From Lama glama (lineage: Eukaryota), in the NCBI GenBank assembly GCA_028534125.1, contig CM052817.1:24120001-24184000 (forward strand): DNA of 64,000 bases, written 5' to 3'. Positions 12,446 to 25,840 of this stretch are shown here, piece by piece; within the stretch, counting starts at the first letter, position 1, and each line of letters opens with the position of its first letter. Under the pieces are notes generated by a model. That model worked only from the letters and a program-made list of their open reading frames with translations, was not told the origin of the DNA and made no database searches. Both the position numbers and the translations under genes were made by a program.

Positions 12446-13170
12446 AAAAGATGCAGTTGACATCAACTAATTTTGGGAAGGCCAAGAGTAGAGCAGGTTT
12501 GAAGGAAAAAACCTGTTGTTTAGTATTAGATATGTTTAGTTTGAGATGTCCATTTGCCATCTGAGTGAAGATGTAGAGAAAGCTGTTGGATATTTGAGAC
12601 TGTCTTATCTATTTATTCAAAGAGAGAAACATATTCTCTCTATATAGATATGTATATATAGTAGAATATATCATAATATATATATGTGTGTAACTATGCA
12701 CATACACACTGTTTGAAGACTGACACTTGAGGGAATTGAAAATTGAAAGGTAAAAGAAAGAAGAGGGAATCAGAAAGAAGACTTAAAAATAGGGATCTCA
12801 AATGCAGGTGGGACCACAAGCGACTATTGTTAGTTCAAATCTGTTAGGTGATTGTATCACAGAAGTGGAATTTAATTACTTGCAAATTAAGAAGTATAAG
12901 GACTGAAAATTGAGCATTGGAATTATTAATGAAACCTACTGATAAGTTTAATCAGTACTGGTGGAATGCTGAAAACAAAAGCTTGATTTTAGAGAGAATG
13001 GGAGGGGTGAGATTTGGAAACCTCAAATAGAGTTTTGCTACAAAGGGAAATAAAGATACCTGGTTGTTACTGGGAGAAATTAGGACCAAAATAAGCTGTT
13101 GTTTTTCTTTAAGACTGGAGTGTTACTGCATGTTTGTAAACTTCGGGAATAATGTGGTAGAGGAGGAAAA
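12446..13170 (-). mobile_element. L2 LINE fragment with internal TA-rich simple repeat
   Basis: gagcaggtttgaagg...tagatatgtttagtttgagatgtcc...agctgttggatat, and aggactgaaaattgagcattgga, are antisense L2 motifs. Confidence 0.7.
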
Positions 13171-14059
13171 TGGAGAGTACCTAAAATCGAAAAATGAATA
13201 ACAGCAGTATAAATAAATAAATAAGTAAGTTATTCAGAGGTAAAGATCAGATAAAGCTTAAACTAAAATTATTTGACTCTGAGAACAGTAATCAGGAGAG
13301 AAGTAAAGTAGTGTGGGGCAAGTGACTGTTGTTTTTCCTTATAATTCTTGTTAGCATAACAAGCGTAGAAGTACAAGTTCAATCACAAATCTAAGTTGAA
13401 ACTACATCCTGTTAACTCTGAATTGAAATGACAATAAAATGCAACTTTCCTTCATAGTTAGAACTTTTCTACACAGAAAATTCCTTTGGTTAACTCTTTG
13501 ATCCCCAAGACTGGACCTCTAACGCTCCTTTCTAATTTTTTGCATAGTTAGTATCATCTGTTGAATTGAGATTTTTCCAATTCTACACGGAATTGTACCA
13601 TTGTGAATTTAGTAGTTAAAATAGACTGCCAGTTGCAAAACTCCCTGAGAAAACTCTAAGAACTTATTGTCCTGAATGATTTCCTAAAAAATAACAATAA
13701 AGACAACCATATAATCCTTGTTCTATCTAAATGCAAGTGTTGGCAAATTGAAAGCACCCACCTGCTTGGTAGTGCCACCTGACAAGCCACTGTTTTCCTC
13801 CAGTCTTTAGAACAGTAGAGAAGCCTAAAAGTTGTCCACAAATCAATCCTTCTGTAGTGGATTAATGACCCACCCACAGTTACTATAATACATTCTAATT
13901 TGCTACAGATATTTAGGGTTGGGAGGACCCTTGGCTAAAATGTTTCAGAATCAAAAAAGCTCAAAAAATATTTCAATTTTACCCAGATTATTAGTAAAAG
14001 AACCAGATAAAGAATTTGAGATATCTTCACTCTTGGCCCAACTCTGCTTGGCTGACAAG

Positions 14060-14520
14060 TTAATTATCTTTTCCTTTCTATTTCCCTAGTCCTTCCAAGT
14101 CTTACTGTTAGTTCCTCCTGACCAATTTGACATCTAAATTTTATTTGGCTACCCACTAACTCTCTAAGCTCATCTTCGACTACTCTTACCTTCGCTCACT
14201 CCTCTCTGGCCAAAGAATCCCTTCCCCCAGGCCACACACTTGTTCTTACTCCCACCTGAAGAGAAAACCACCCCATAAAAAATAACCAATACCTTCACCC
14301 CAATCCTCTCTGCTTTATTTTTCTCCTTATCCTTTATTACCATCTGACTTTTCATATATACTTATTTATTTGCATACTGCTTGTCTTCCCTACTAGAATA
14401 CAAGCTCAATAAAAACAAAGAGTTCACTTATTTTTTTTCACTGCTACATTCTCAGTGCTTAGAAAAAGGGTCTGGCTCCTAGGATAGATCAATACTTGTT
14501 TAACATAGAAATAAGTGAAT
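14060..14520 (+). mobile_element. L2 LINE 3' fragment
   Basis: ttgtcttccctactagaatacaagctc...ttcactgctacattctcagtgcttagaa is the L2 3' end. Confidence 0.65.
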
Positions 14521-15754
14521 TTTAATAATCTAATTGATGGGTTTGAAATAATATATACTTGGATATATAAAAGCCTGACACAAAATGTATTTTCATTTCA
14601 AGTAATCATAGAATTGTCTCCAAAATGAGTATGTACTATGACACAGAAAAATTTCTGAAAATTACAAAAAAATACTAAACCATACAAAGTAAAATGAATT
14701 ATAAAAAGATAACTAAAAATCCCTTCTTAATTGGATAATTTAATATTCTTTTAAATAAATCATGGGACAAATAGAAAATGTAACATAAAGTATATTAAAT
14801 TGGATGAGATGCAGCTAAAACCATATAGAAAAGGAATCTTTATCTTTACATTCTTATTGTAGCAAAGATGGCATATTGATAAACAAGAAATAAGAATTCA
14901 ACAAAAGAAATCAGAAAAACAGAATATAAGAAAATAAAAGTAGAACATAAGTACTAGTAAAAATTAACATTAACAAGGCAAAAGGGAAATATCAACAAAA
15001 TCCAAAAGTTAAAGCTTTTAAAAGACTAATAAATTAGGTAAAATTCTGGTGAGATTGTTCATTAAAAAAAGAGAAGGGCATCCACACAGTCATAAAAATA
15101 CACACATTCCCATGCCACTACGAACAAAGAAAGTAAGGATAGTCACAGATAAACAAGAGATCTGAAAATACCATAAGAGAATACCAAGCACAACTTTGCA
15201 ATGCAATGGAAAATTATAATTCACCAACTGAGTAGTCTTATAACTATTGAAGAGAAAGAAGAGTAAAATAGAGCCCACACATACACACAAATAAACCCAT
15301 AGTCGGTGGGTGGGTGGATTTAGATCTAGGTAGTTTTGTAAAAACATCTTACCCAACTTCTAATAAACAGATGATTCCAGTTTTATGCAAATTATTCTCC
15401 CCAAAGAAAACAAGAAAACAAAAAGAAACAGTATAATCTTGATACCAAAATTTGACAAGAATAGTACAAGAAATAAGTAGCTCAATCCCACTTTTGAACA
15501 TATATGCAAAATTTCCAAAGACTATCTTAGCAAAAGATGTTAATTCTTATCTACAAGGGCCTTCCATATGCGAAGCCTGCACTAATCCAGCCTTGCCCAT
15601 GACTAAATAAAAAAGTCCAACTCTGAGGTTATGAATAAATACCCAAGTCTGCTTCTATAAACTATGATCTTTATCTTTAATAATACATATTTTGGCCCCC
15701 ATATTTACTCCTTTAGTTGTCAAATTATACTGAACTTCAGCAGGGAAAGGAAGA

Positions 15755-15965
15755 AGGGTATAATTTACTGAGGTGCCATTATTGAGTGTTTAGTATATGT
15801 CAAAATCTCACCTAAAAATTTTATAACTGTTACCTCATTTAATTTTCACAATGTCCCTATGTGGTGCATTATTTATAACTGTGTAAACTGAGGAATACCA
15901 GAGTTTAAGTAACTTGCTTAGGATCATACAGCTTGTGAGGATGGAGTCATGATTTCAATTCTGAT
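15755..15965 (-). mobile_element. MIR SINE
   Basis: atttactgag...ttacctcatttaattttcacaa...aaactgagg...agagtttaagtaacttgcttaggatcatacagct. Confidence 0.75.
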
Positions 15966-16732
15966 GGAATGAATTAATTGGCTTTATCAATCAGTAGAAA
16001 ACAGAAGGCATACTAACCAAATTGGACCTCCAATTATATTAAGTAAAAATATTTCTTACTTTATATAACACTCACAAAATCAATTCCAAAAGCATCAAAA
16101 ATTCAATATGAGAAATAAAACTCTAAAACTTTTAGAAAAGAACCATGAGAATATATCTTTGTGGAAGGAGAGAGAAGATTTTCATATTTATGAAACAAAA
16201 AAGCAAAATTCATCAAATAAAAGATAAGTAAAATTTGCTGCATTAAATTGAAAACCTCAGCATGACAAAGGAGATCAGAAGCAAACTAAGATCATAAGTC
16301 ATAGACTGGAAGAAGATATTTACCACCCATTTAACAGATAAAGAATTAGCAATCGGAAAATACAATTAATATCTTCAAAACAATAAATAAAAATGAAGCA
16401 AATCCAATAATAATCCAAGGACACAAACAGGCAATTCACAGTTGAGGAAATCAAGGTAGACAATAAGAATAAACACATTAAACATCCAACATTTAATGCA
16501 AATAAAAACAGCAGTAAGAATCCCTCTCACAACCAGCTGCAAAAATTTATAAGTATGGGACACTAGGTATTGATGAAAATGTAACAGCGACTCTCATTAA
16601 TAGACTATAAAATGTTAGAGCCATTTTGGTTAGCAATTTGCTTAAGGCAGACACATCCTATAACCAAGAATTTCACTCTAGTTTGCTACCCTGGAGACAG
16701 TGCCACACATGTAAAGTATAAACACACACAAA

Positions 16733-17465
16733 CGAAGGTGGATTTAACAAATGAACCTTAAGTTTTGGCAACTTTCACTTGCGTAGGCCTCTTTTCAGGA
16801 AGGGAAGGGAAGATGTTTTATTCTGAAAATTAACTCATAGTTAAACATGTCATCCTTGGTTTCAGGATATTGAAAGGTAACCAATATGATGGTGCACACA
16901 CTTGGTTAGTGCTTTATTTCCATTTATTTCTTTTAACAAGCTAAACAGGAATTAAGATAGTGGGATGATAGATAGGCATGCATTACCTTCTTGAGACAGA
17001 TGAGTCTCTCCTTCAGCAGCTGCTGATGACATCCACGAGCAAGACTCTTGAATCCTCAGTGTTGGACATAAACCTGTATCAGCATGACAAGAAAGCACAT
17101 GTGTGAAATATTAAGTTTAAAACACTCCAACTATCAATAATAAAAAGTAAATTTAGTTCACCCATGTTAGAGGGAAAAGCATTTTCTTTCTTAATGGTCT
17201 ATAGAAATTAATATTTTTGAATGTTGTCATGAGAAGAGGTAATCAAGGACTACGGTTACAAATGTAGAAAAAATGTATTATAGAGATAGGTCAGGCACTT
17301 CATTCAAAAAAATGGTATTTTTGCTTATTGTGTGATGCTTGTGACATTTATTAGCTTTTTGCATTTTTAAATGTGTTGTGAGTTCTTATTCTAAACATTT
17401 ACCTTTACATCTAACTTTCTTTTGTAATTGTGTTTTTTCTTAAATAAGGGACCCAGAATGCACAT
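16733..17465 (+). mobile_element. hAT-Tip100 Zaphod/MER115-like DNA transposon inserted in old L1
   Basis: Left end ggtggattta...aatgaaccttaagttt...tcacttgc and right end tgttgtga...ttattctaaacatttaccttt...ttttttcttaaataagggaccc resemble Zaphod-family ends. Sits between collinear L1 pieces. Confidence 0.55.
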
Positions 17466-18077
17466 ATAAAATAATAATTATACTTTTTTTATATATACAA
17501 GATGACATGCACAGGAAGGATACACCAGTTTAAGATACTGGTTACTGGTGGGTACAAAAGGAAACAGAAAAGGGGGATTTAGCTTAATCTATACCATTTT
17601 ATTTCCCATTTTTAAAGACAGATTTGCTGTACATATGGTGAAATGTTAACATCTGTTTAATCTTAATGGTGGGTACATAGTTGTCTGTGTTATTTTCGTA
17701 TTTTTCTCTATATTTGAAATTACACATAATTATTTTAAAAAATTCATGCCATTAATAAAAAACAATGTATTTACATGAAAATTTTAAACCACTGCTATAG
17801 TTAATAGGTCACATATTTGACAAGGTGATTTTATCTTGGGTCGTTTATCCTAAAGTAAAAAACAAAAGGAACACTTCACATGTATAAAATATTTACCATT
17901 TCTAATGGTTAGAGTTGTAAACATATAACCAGGCAATGTGCTAAGCTCAAAAACATTGCTTTATTTCTTTTTTTTCCCTAAATGTCCTCTGCTTAGATTT
18001 ACATTATTGATACTTTAGAGAAAAAAATTTTTTAGGACGTGACTGGTTGAATTTAGGATGCAATGCGCCTCACAATG

Positions 18078-18560
18078 CATTCAATTCATTCATTAAATAT
18101 CTAGTGAGCTCCTCCCATGCTTTAACGCTAAAGCTGGATATAAAGACCTGGTCCTAAATTTTATAGAACTCACAGTCAACTGGAGAAGACAAACAACAGA
18201 CAAACAAGGATATAAGTAAAATATCGATTATACATTGTGATCAATGTTCTGAAGGAAAGAACAGCCTGTTGCTGGAGTAAGATAAGTAAGGGGGTGAGAA
18301 GGGTACTTTAGGAATGTCTCTGAAGATGACATTTTAGTGCAGACATAAGACTGACAAGGACCCAGTGTTCAATGAATTGATCAACATGTCAAGATGATCC
18401 CAAAGTTTTGAAGTTGGAAGATTTGGGGGTGTAAGTGCCATTGGCAAAAACAAGGAAATCAATTATGGGAGTCACTGTAAAAGGTCAGGAGAAATTACAA
18501 ATTCAATTGTTAGCATACTGATTTTGAGATGTTATTAGAAAATCAAACATTGGAAGCAAC
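18078..18560 (-). mobile_element. L2 LINE 3' fragment
   Basis: (cattc)n tail, taaatatctagtgagctcc, gaactcacagtc.actggagaagacaa. Confidence 0.7.
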
Positions 18561-18769
18561 CTCAGGAGGGAAATAGTATAATCAGCCAATGGAAAATTAT
18601 ATATAAGTTAAAATAAATTAACTGGATCTATAAGTTAAAAAATAGAAAAATATCAAGAATATAATACTGGTAGAAATAGAAAATTGGGAAATAGATGAGT
18701 TATAGAATATGAAATGATTTATATGAAGTTTAAAAACATAAAAGAATAATATATATTGATACAAGTGCA

Positions 18770-19015
18770 CACATGTATATAGTAAAAGCATAAAAATATG
18801 CATGGAATATATGTGTATTTTATAAGACATTTGGTTGCCTTTGAAGGTACATAAAAATAAGTGGGATTTAGATATATCTGTAAAATTTTAGTCAAAAAAT
18901 AAGATTTAAAGCAATCTATTCAAATATCGATATCTGATCAACACTGTAGGGGAAACTTAAAGATCTGTTATATTATTTTTCATACACTATGATCTTGAAA
19001 TATTTCATAATTTTG
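18770..19015 (+). mobile_element. L1ME 3' end fragment
   Basis: ggttgcctttg...gatttaaagcaa...tgttatattatttt...ttgaaatatttcataatt. Confidence 0.55.
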
Positions 19016-19244
19016 CAGGGCAGTAAACAAAAGGAAAAGCAATAAAAATTAATGAGTCCATATTTTATTATTTAAAAAATTTTAGTTACTTCTTTTTTTT
19101 TTTTTTGTGAGTCTGTATTTTGCAGTTTATTTTTGGTGGCCAAGCAAGGAGATAACTAACTTATGTCTCTGGTTTCGGCATGATTATATCAGTCATGATT
19201 CAGCTGAAGATAACAGAAAGAAACCTAGGTAATTTAAGTAGAAT

Positions 19245-19661
19245 TGTAATAGAGGAGAAACAAATCTGACTCGATATTGGATCTGTTCCTTTGGCTTTGA
19301 CCACTGAGCCCTGTTTCCTAAACTTAGTCTTGCTAGCTCTGCACTTATGTAAAGATAACCAGTTGCAGAATAGATAATATTTGTTTTGTTGGAGGTTTTG
19401 CAGGAGCATTATGACCTGGCCCATGTGGACAGCTGCAGGAAGAAAGAATTCCTACACCAAGAAGTTTGCAACTATCAACCACACCCCCTCCCCGGTTTTT
19501 CTGTATAAAAGGAGCCTGTATTCTGACTGGAGGAGAATGGTTCTCTAAGACATTAGTCTGCCAGCTTTCCGAATAAAGTTGCTATTCCTTGCCCCAACAC
19601 CTCGTCTCCCGATTTACTGGCCTATCGTGCAGCGAGCAGAACAAGTCTGGACTCAGTAACA
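19245..19661 (+). mobile_element. ERV1-class solo LTR, complete, with 4-bp TSD
   Basis: TG...CA termini (tgtaat...gtaaca), TSD GAAT at 19241-19244 and 19662-19665, TATAAAA ~19505, AATAAA ~19572. Confidence 0.9.
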
Positions 19662-22600
19662 GAATGTCTTTTAATAAAGGGAATAAAAAATTCTTACAAA
19701 AATCACTGGATGTCTAAAGAAGCTAATCCTCAAGGAAAGAGGCCCATAACAACATGACGAAGCTAGCCCAGCAAAAGATCTGCTGGCCTTACAACAAAGA
19801 AATGAGAAAGTGGAACTCACTGCCAGGAATTATGGAAGGGGCTCCACACATGCACATACAGCTTTAGCTTAGTCCATCCAGAAATCAGGAAGTCGGTTTT
19901 TAAAACACCCTGCCTCTCTAGTCACACACCTGATGAGACATGTTGAAGTGCTTGGAGGGTCTCACTGTAAAGACTGTGGTGGCCACTCTCCCTTCCTTCC
20001 TCTGTGTTTGTCAGTAGTATGGAAATTGAGACATTAAATGGACACTTTAAACTTGATGACTGTTCACCTGAAACTTTCAACACCTGATGACTGTTCACAG
20101 CAGCTTCTATAATTGATCTCCAGCTAAAGCAGCTGCAGACAATCCCAGAGTCTTCCTAACCAAACTTTCCAGCAGTCACAGCAGCAGTTGCAAAAGTAGG
20201 GCTCTGTTACCTTCTGTGTTTCTTAACTGAATAAACTGTATCACATCATGAACCCTCACTGGAAAAGAGTCCTGGAAATATAGATTTAAGCTTCTCAGTC
20301 TCTGCATTACTGACAAACACAGAAGAAGGAAGGGGTGGCTGCCATAGCCTCTTCAATGAGCCCCTTCAAGTATTTCATTGTGTCGTAGAGAAAGATCAGG
20401 GAGATTCTGACATTTTCTATTAGGGTCAATCCAGAAGCCAGGTACAGTATAAATAAGGGAGAATAGCTGGAATATTTACAAAGAAACATGTACTCCTTTC
20501 AAACTTAAATGTCAGCAACAAGACCAGGTGGCTGCAAAATTGAGAGCTGCAGCTGGTCAGTGTTGGTTAGCAGCCAGGCAAATGCAGAGTATCTGGGAAA
20601 GAAAGAAACAGATTTTGTTTCCACACTCATTAGTAAATTCCATTTGGAGGTCTAGCAGCTGCTCTTGATGATAAGAAACCTTGAAACTGTTTACTCCTTA
20701 AATCTATAATAAGCTAAATTTATACACTCTATCTAAAAGATTTTCACTTGTTTGGCTTTAGCACTGAATTTTAATTGTCCAGAGGTCTTCTTTTCTGGCT
20801 CATTTCCTTTGTCATTTCATTTTTACTTTTATCTCCTTATAACATTCCTGAGTACAAGAGAACATTACTCTATACCTGTCATTAAAGAATGTCAGCTAAT
20901 ACTTCAAGTCATGAAAAAAAAAAAAAGCCACATGAAACCACCCTCCTCCAAATTCCTGCATGGATGGAAAGGGAGAAGAGCAGAGACAATATTCATTTCT
21001 GAAAGCACTAATAAGGTCAAGAAAGTGTTCTCCCTTGGGGAATATTAATTCTGTGTTATTGGATCCATCCATGAAACCTATGACAGCATAAACTATATCA
21101 TCCTTCAGTCCTATAAAGTAGCTAGAACTCTGCGCTGTAGTCATTGCAAGATGGCCCTAATTTTTCACCTTTCCCAATATCAATACTCTTTACCACATCA
21201 CTTTTTTTAGGGCTTTTAGGCTGTGACTGCAGCCTCAGCCATTGGCTTGCTTTACTTTGTAGGAAGTCAGCCAGGGTGACAAAAGTAAGTTGGAAAGATA
21301 CTTTTTGATTTGGGCTGTAATTAACTGAATATCTTTCTAGAGATTTGTAGCTGTTAAATGCATGAGTCTATTTTTTTGTCAACTAGATTTTTTTTGTCTC
21401 CCAGGGAAATGAAACAGTAAATTTAGAGTTTTGGAGCCAGGAAAGACCTTAAAAAGAGCTTTACCCCAGTATTACTGTTGATTTAAAAAAACAAAAAACA
21501 AAACTGTTCCCAGATAGTTTAGAATATGCCCCATTTGGAGACACATATTTGGTTGCTAAAAGTAAGGCTATGATTCATATGTCCTGTGTCAACTCCCAAG
21601 CCAGGATTTGGTCTGTAGCATGGCTCTTCTTTTTACTCTTATGTCTGCATTTGGTTAAGTGCTTAGTGAAATACAAACTTTCAGAAGATGCTTACAAGAG
21701 ATACTTGTAAAATAATAAATAGACTTCTTTTGGCCACTAGAGCAGAATTCAGTACAGCACCACAGCATGTTGTTAAAAATGTGTGGTTGTTCTGAAAGAG
21801 TTAATACAGCTCTGAAAATGCATACCTTATGCTTTCAGAGTAATTTATGCGCTGCCAAACCTTGTGTAAATCTCATTTCACAAGCCATGCTTGAGGAATA
21901 CTGAAATTGCTGCTATTCACAAGACAATATTAGCAAATATATTTTTCCTATGCTAAATATATCCTTGTCATTTTTATTATCTCCTAGTGTGCTTATACTT
22001 ATTACTGACAAGAAAGATTTATTTAAATATTTCTCTTTGGCCTTTAGATCTACAGAAGTTGCAGAAAAAAAATTATTCTGTTTTCCATTTGTTTATTCCC
22101 TATCTTGTCATTATATTGGTAGTTATATTACTATAGGTTTTGGTAACCATCCCAAGATGTCCATTAGGCTTAGCTCTAAAAACATAAGAGAACAAATTGA
22201 CAGAGTCAGTGAATCCTTCCAAAGTTTCCTTTGTTTATAAACATCTATTTCATAAATAAAAAGCTTTTAAATTTATTAGGTTTGCCTTAGTGATAGCTAT
22301 TATACCAAAAACTGTATCCATAAGCTGCATTCTAATTTTTTTGTTGAAGTTTCTCAACTAATTTCTTTGCATTAATAACTGTGATCCTACATACAAAATT
22401 TCATAAGCCAATTGTTTAATATTCATAAGGGATACATAACCTTAATTGTCCTTCATTAATCAAATAGCTGCACAGTTAACATAAGCTTGAGGGGAAGTCA
22501 GAATTCTAAATATTTGGATGAAAAAGAGTCACTTTATTGCTAGGTTGAAACTATTGCTAGGCTCCATATTCTATTTTCACACTTTGGAAATAAGAAATTT

Positions 22601-23009
22601 CACTTATTGTTAAGGAAATTGCACCTTACATGGTATCATTTGAAAGTCACCAGGAAATTTTATCTATTATTTCTGGAAATCATAACAAAGTTAATTTAAA
22701 GAATATTTACATAAATAATAAGCACAAATACATGATTTTAGGAAATTCACTATTTTATGCATTGATTTAACAGTATTGTTCAAATTTCTAGAGAAATTTT
22801 AAAGTCATTATTCTCAATTGAATCTGTTTCTGAGAACTGTAATTCTTGGAGTACCTCATTCTAACTTTATAACTTGTCTTTAGCATTTCTTATGATATAA
22901 TATCTGTATTTTACAAGTGTTTATATATCAAAGTTCTCATACCAACATTACTTCAATATAACTCTCATGACGTAGTCAAAGAGCTTCATAAATATTTCAC
23001 TACCTCATT

Positions 23010-24170
23010 TTATCTCAAATTGCTGTAATAAGAAACTCTTTGGGAACATTTTGGTTGAAAAAACATGAATTCCACCCAACTATGTCTAGTTTGTGTCAAA
23101 AGGAAATTTGGAGGCTTATAAAACTGTCAGTTCTGGGGTAAATTTGACTTAAGATATGTCAGCACTCAAGGGCACAAAGCATATCACCAAATCTCTGTCT
23201 TCATGCCTGGGTGGTTGTCATTCTCAGGAATGCTTTTCCTTTTATTGGCTACTATCACCCCTGGAAGCCCTAGTGTTACTGTCAGAGCAGACAGATAGCT
23301 AGATATGAGCAGAGAAAGAGGGCTGCAGGCCAAATGGCAGGATTTGGGACAAAAAGGAGGGGAATAGGCCAAATGCAGGAAACCCTTCATCATGAAAACA
23401 ACAGGGGACCCTAGGCTGAGTAAGAAAAGCAGGAACCTCTGGGAGGATAAGCAGTCACACATTTGGGGGTGAAAAGTGGCCTGGAGGCCAACAAAGAAAG
23501 GTGGGAAAAGGCAGGAATCTCCAGTGTCCCAATATAACTTCTTGCTCATTATGCCCTCATTACAATAAAATTAACCTTGTAGATTAGAAGCACCCATCGT
23601 GCACCGATGCCATGACATTTCCAATCCAGACTAAGTAAGGACAAAAGTCCCTCCTCCCTTTGGGAAGGTGGAGTTGAGAAGAAAATCAGGGAATATGACC
23701 CTCAAACTCTTCCCTCCCCAGTGAATATTCTGCCCATTCATTTTTACATTCTATGTAACCAACTTGCCAAAGAAACTCAGGGCAGCTGCTCACCTGAGCC
23801 TTCCCGCTCTCCCCTTGAATGGGTACTAACCATTCCTTAATAAATCCTCATTTTACTTTCTTAACCTCTGCATCCCGTTTCTGAATTCTTTACGTGACAG
23901 TAAAAAAACCTAGTTGTCACTGGCAACATTACAATATTTTCAGAGAGAAGAGTCCTATTTCTCTCAGAAGTCTAGGAAAGTAGTCCAGCTATGACTCTCA
24001 TTGGCTCGGGCTCACAGGTCCATGCCTGAGTCAATAACTGTGACTGGGTTATGAAATGTTCTGAAGGACTGGTCGTGGGCCACATGCCCTGCATTGAAGC
24101 CAGACGGAGGAGTTAGCCTCACTGAAGCCACACTAACTGAGAGGGGTAAAGTCATGACTTCTCAAGAAAA
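23010..24170 (-). mobile_element. Old MaLR LTR (MLT1K/L-like) split by a younger LTR
   Basis: Left piece 23010-23120 (actctt...ttggttg...ccaact...aaaaggaaattt). Right piece 23930-24170 (gactctcattggctc...catgcctgagtcaataactgtg...ccacatgccc). Confidence 0.55.
23125..23928 (+). mobile_element. ERV1-class solo LTR (~800 bp)
   Basis: Begins tgtcag and ends ...cactggcaaca. U3-like purine blocks, AATAAA ~23838 and U5-like tctgaattcttt...tgac. TSD not resolved. Confidence 0.7.
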
Positions 24171-24774
24171 GTGGTACAGCGCATACAGACTCACCAGCTC
24201 ACACAGCCTTATATAGCCGCAAATAACATCTATAGCTTTATCTCTGCTTTGGACAATAAAAAAGATGTTGTGATAGCCCTAAGACATTCATACCCACTGG
24301 TATAACAAAGAACATACTACAACACTTAATTAGCATTATTGGAAATCTGTACTCCCTGTCAGATTTTCTGAATCCTGTCAGAATACCTGAATTTCAGAGC
24401 TAACATTTTCCATAATCTACCTAAAGCAAAGAGTACAGAAGGAAACCTAAGTCACACAAACTTTGTAACTGAGAGAGTTGGTTGCCTGATTTTTTAAGTC
24501 ATGGCAATACTCTCAGGAAGTGAAGACTTCAGCGAGCAAATGAAGGAAGTCATGTAGAGTGGAAGACTAACTGTGTGTGGATATTCAAGTCTTAAATAAT
24601 GATTGTCCATTTAACAGTCAGCCTGAAAGTCATTCCACCATGCAGTATCATAATGAGCTCAATATACCACTTTTTTTTCTGTCCAGACAATACTCAGAAC
24701 AACAGTAGGATCTCAGGCAGCCATATAACCTGTCCGAGCAACACACTCTACTTGCAGGGAATCAAACAAGAGAA

Positions 24775-24895
24775 GGATGCCCATCTATTCAACATTACCT
24801 ATTGATGTCTATTATTTGTTAGGTACTAGGAATAAATCGGTAAATAGAAAAACAAAAATCCCTGCCTTTATAGAGTTACTATCTAATGTACTAAG
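24775..24895 (-). mobile_element. L2 3' tail
   Basis: tattcaaca...tattgatgtctattat...aggtactagg...acaaaaatccctgcctttatagagtt. Confidence 0.65.
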
Positions 24896-25429
24896 ACATA
24901 TTGATCCTATTGTTAACTTTCCTTCTCACTTTTGAAGCCAGTGTTTGTCCTAGTTTTTCTCTGTACCATTGCATATTGCACATCTCTGCTTGTTTAATTT
25001 ATTAGTTAGTACTGACTGAAGTACTATTTGAGGTGTGATCAAGGCGTGACGTCAACTAACTTAAGGAGATCATGACTTTAGCTATGCTATCACACAGAAA
25101 AGAGAAGAGTAACCCCATGATATCCCACTCCCACTCTTCTGTTTGTCAAGCTTACTGTATTTTTGTAAATAATAATTTTGTGAAAACCATAGTTAGCTGG
25201 AGTAACATTTAACTTTTTTTCTGATAGCAGAGGAAGAAGAGCTTTTGCGCTTATATGTAGGATTTTTATAATACATTAATGGTGACACTTTGATCATCTA
25301 TGTTCTTCTTCCTAAAGGAAGAAGAACAAGAGAGAAGGCATGTTGAGAACTGGTTCAAAGAGGATGTGGGAGTACGCTCTGCAGCTAAGCCGAGGACTCG
25401 AGTGGACATCAATATGATCACCTCCCTTT

Positions 25430-25840
25430 GGAAAAAGCCTTCCTCCATCTCATCAGTGAGGTTCCTATAAGGCTGCCATGTTCTTATATGGCCCCAATTT
25501 TGGCCACAGATTAGTGGTTCAGAACTCGTTGCATGATCCAAACTAGACAAATCGGTAAAATTCCTAGTATTCTGAGATTTAAAAATTGTGGACTAAAATA
25601 ATCAATTTTTCCGCTATGGCCAAAGGTATGAAACTGAGGAGCTGTTTTGGGTTTATCTTTTCAACCATGAAGAGAGAAACATTTGTCTGAGAGAATAGAC
25701 ACCACAAAGAGAAACAATGATGAAAGGAAGCAAGTTCTAATGGCACTCATGTCCCTGTTACAAGTACTTCTGATAAATTTCTCTTACTACTTAAGATGGT
25801 TCAGGTTGGTTTTCTGTCACTTACAAAATGTACTAACACA
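25430..25840 (+). mobile_element. ERVL-type LTR fragment (LTR16/LTR33-like)
   Basis: ggccacagattagtggttcag...catgatccaaactag and terminal ttaag...ttcaggttggttttctgtcacttacaa. Confidence 0.5.

Larger units (their letters stand above)
14525..17745 (+). mobile_element. Very old fragmented L1 (L1ME/L1M5-like): ORF2 pieces 14525-15540 and 15980-16720, 3' end 17480-17745
   Basis: Decayed ORF2 motifs in collinear order (gatgcagctaaa, aagactaataaaattagg, cttgataccaaaa, gcaaaatttcc, cacaaaatcaattcca, gactggaagaagatattt), then an L1ME 3'UTR (aaatgttaacat...ggtgggtacat...ttattttc). Confidence 0.65.

Noticed and set aside
20054..20110. C/D-box snoRNA (TGATGA...CTGA...TGATGA)
   Set aside because: No terminal D box at a suitable distance and no closing stem. 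The boxes are explained by a short tandem duplication.
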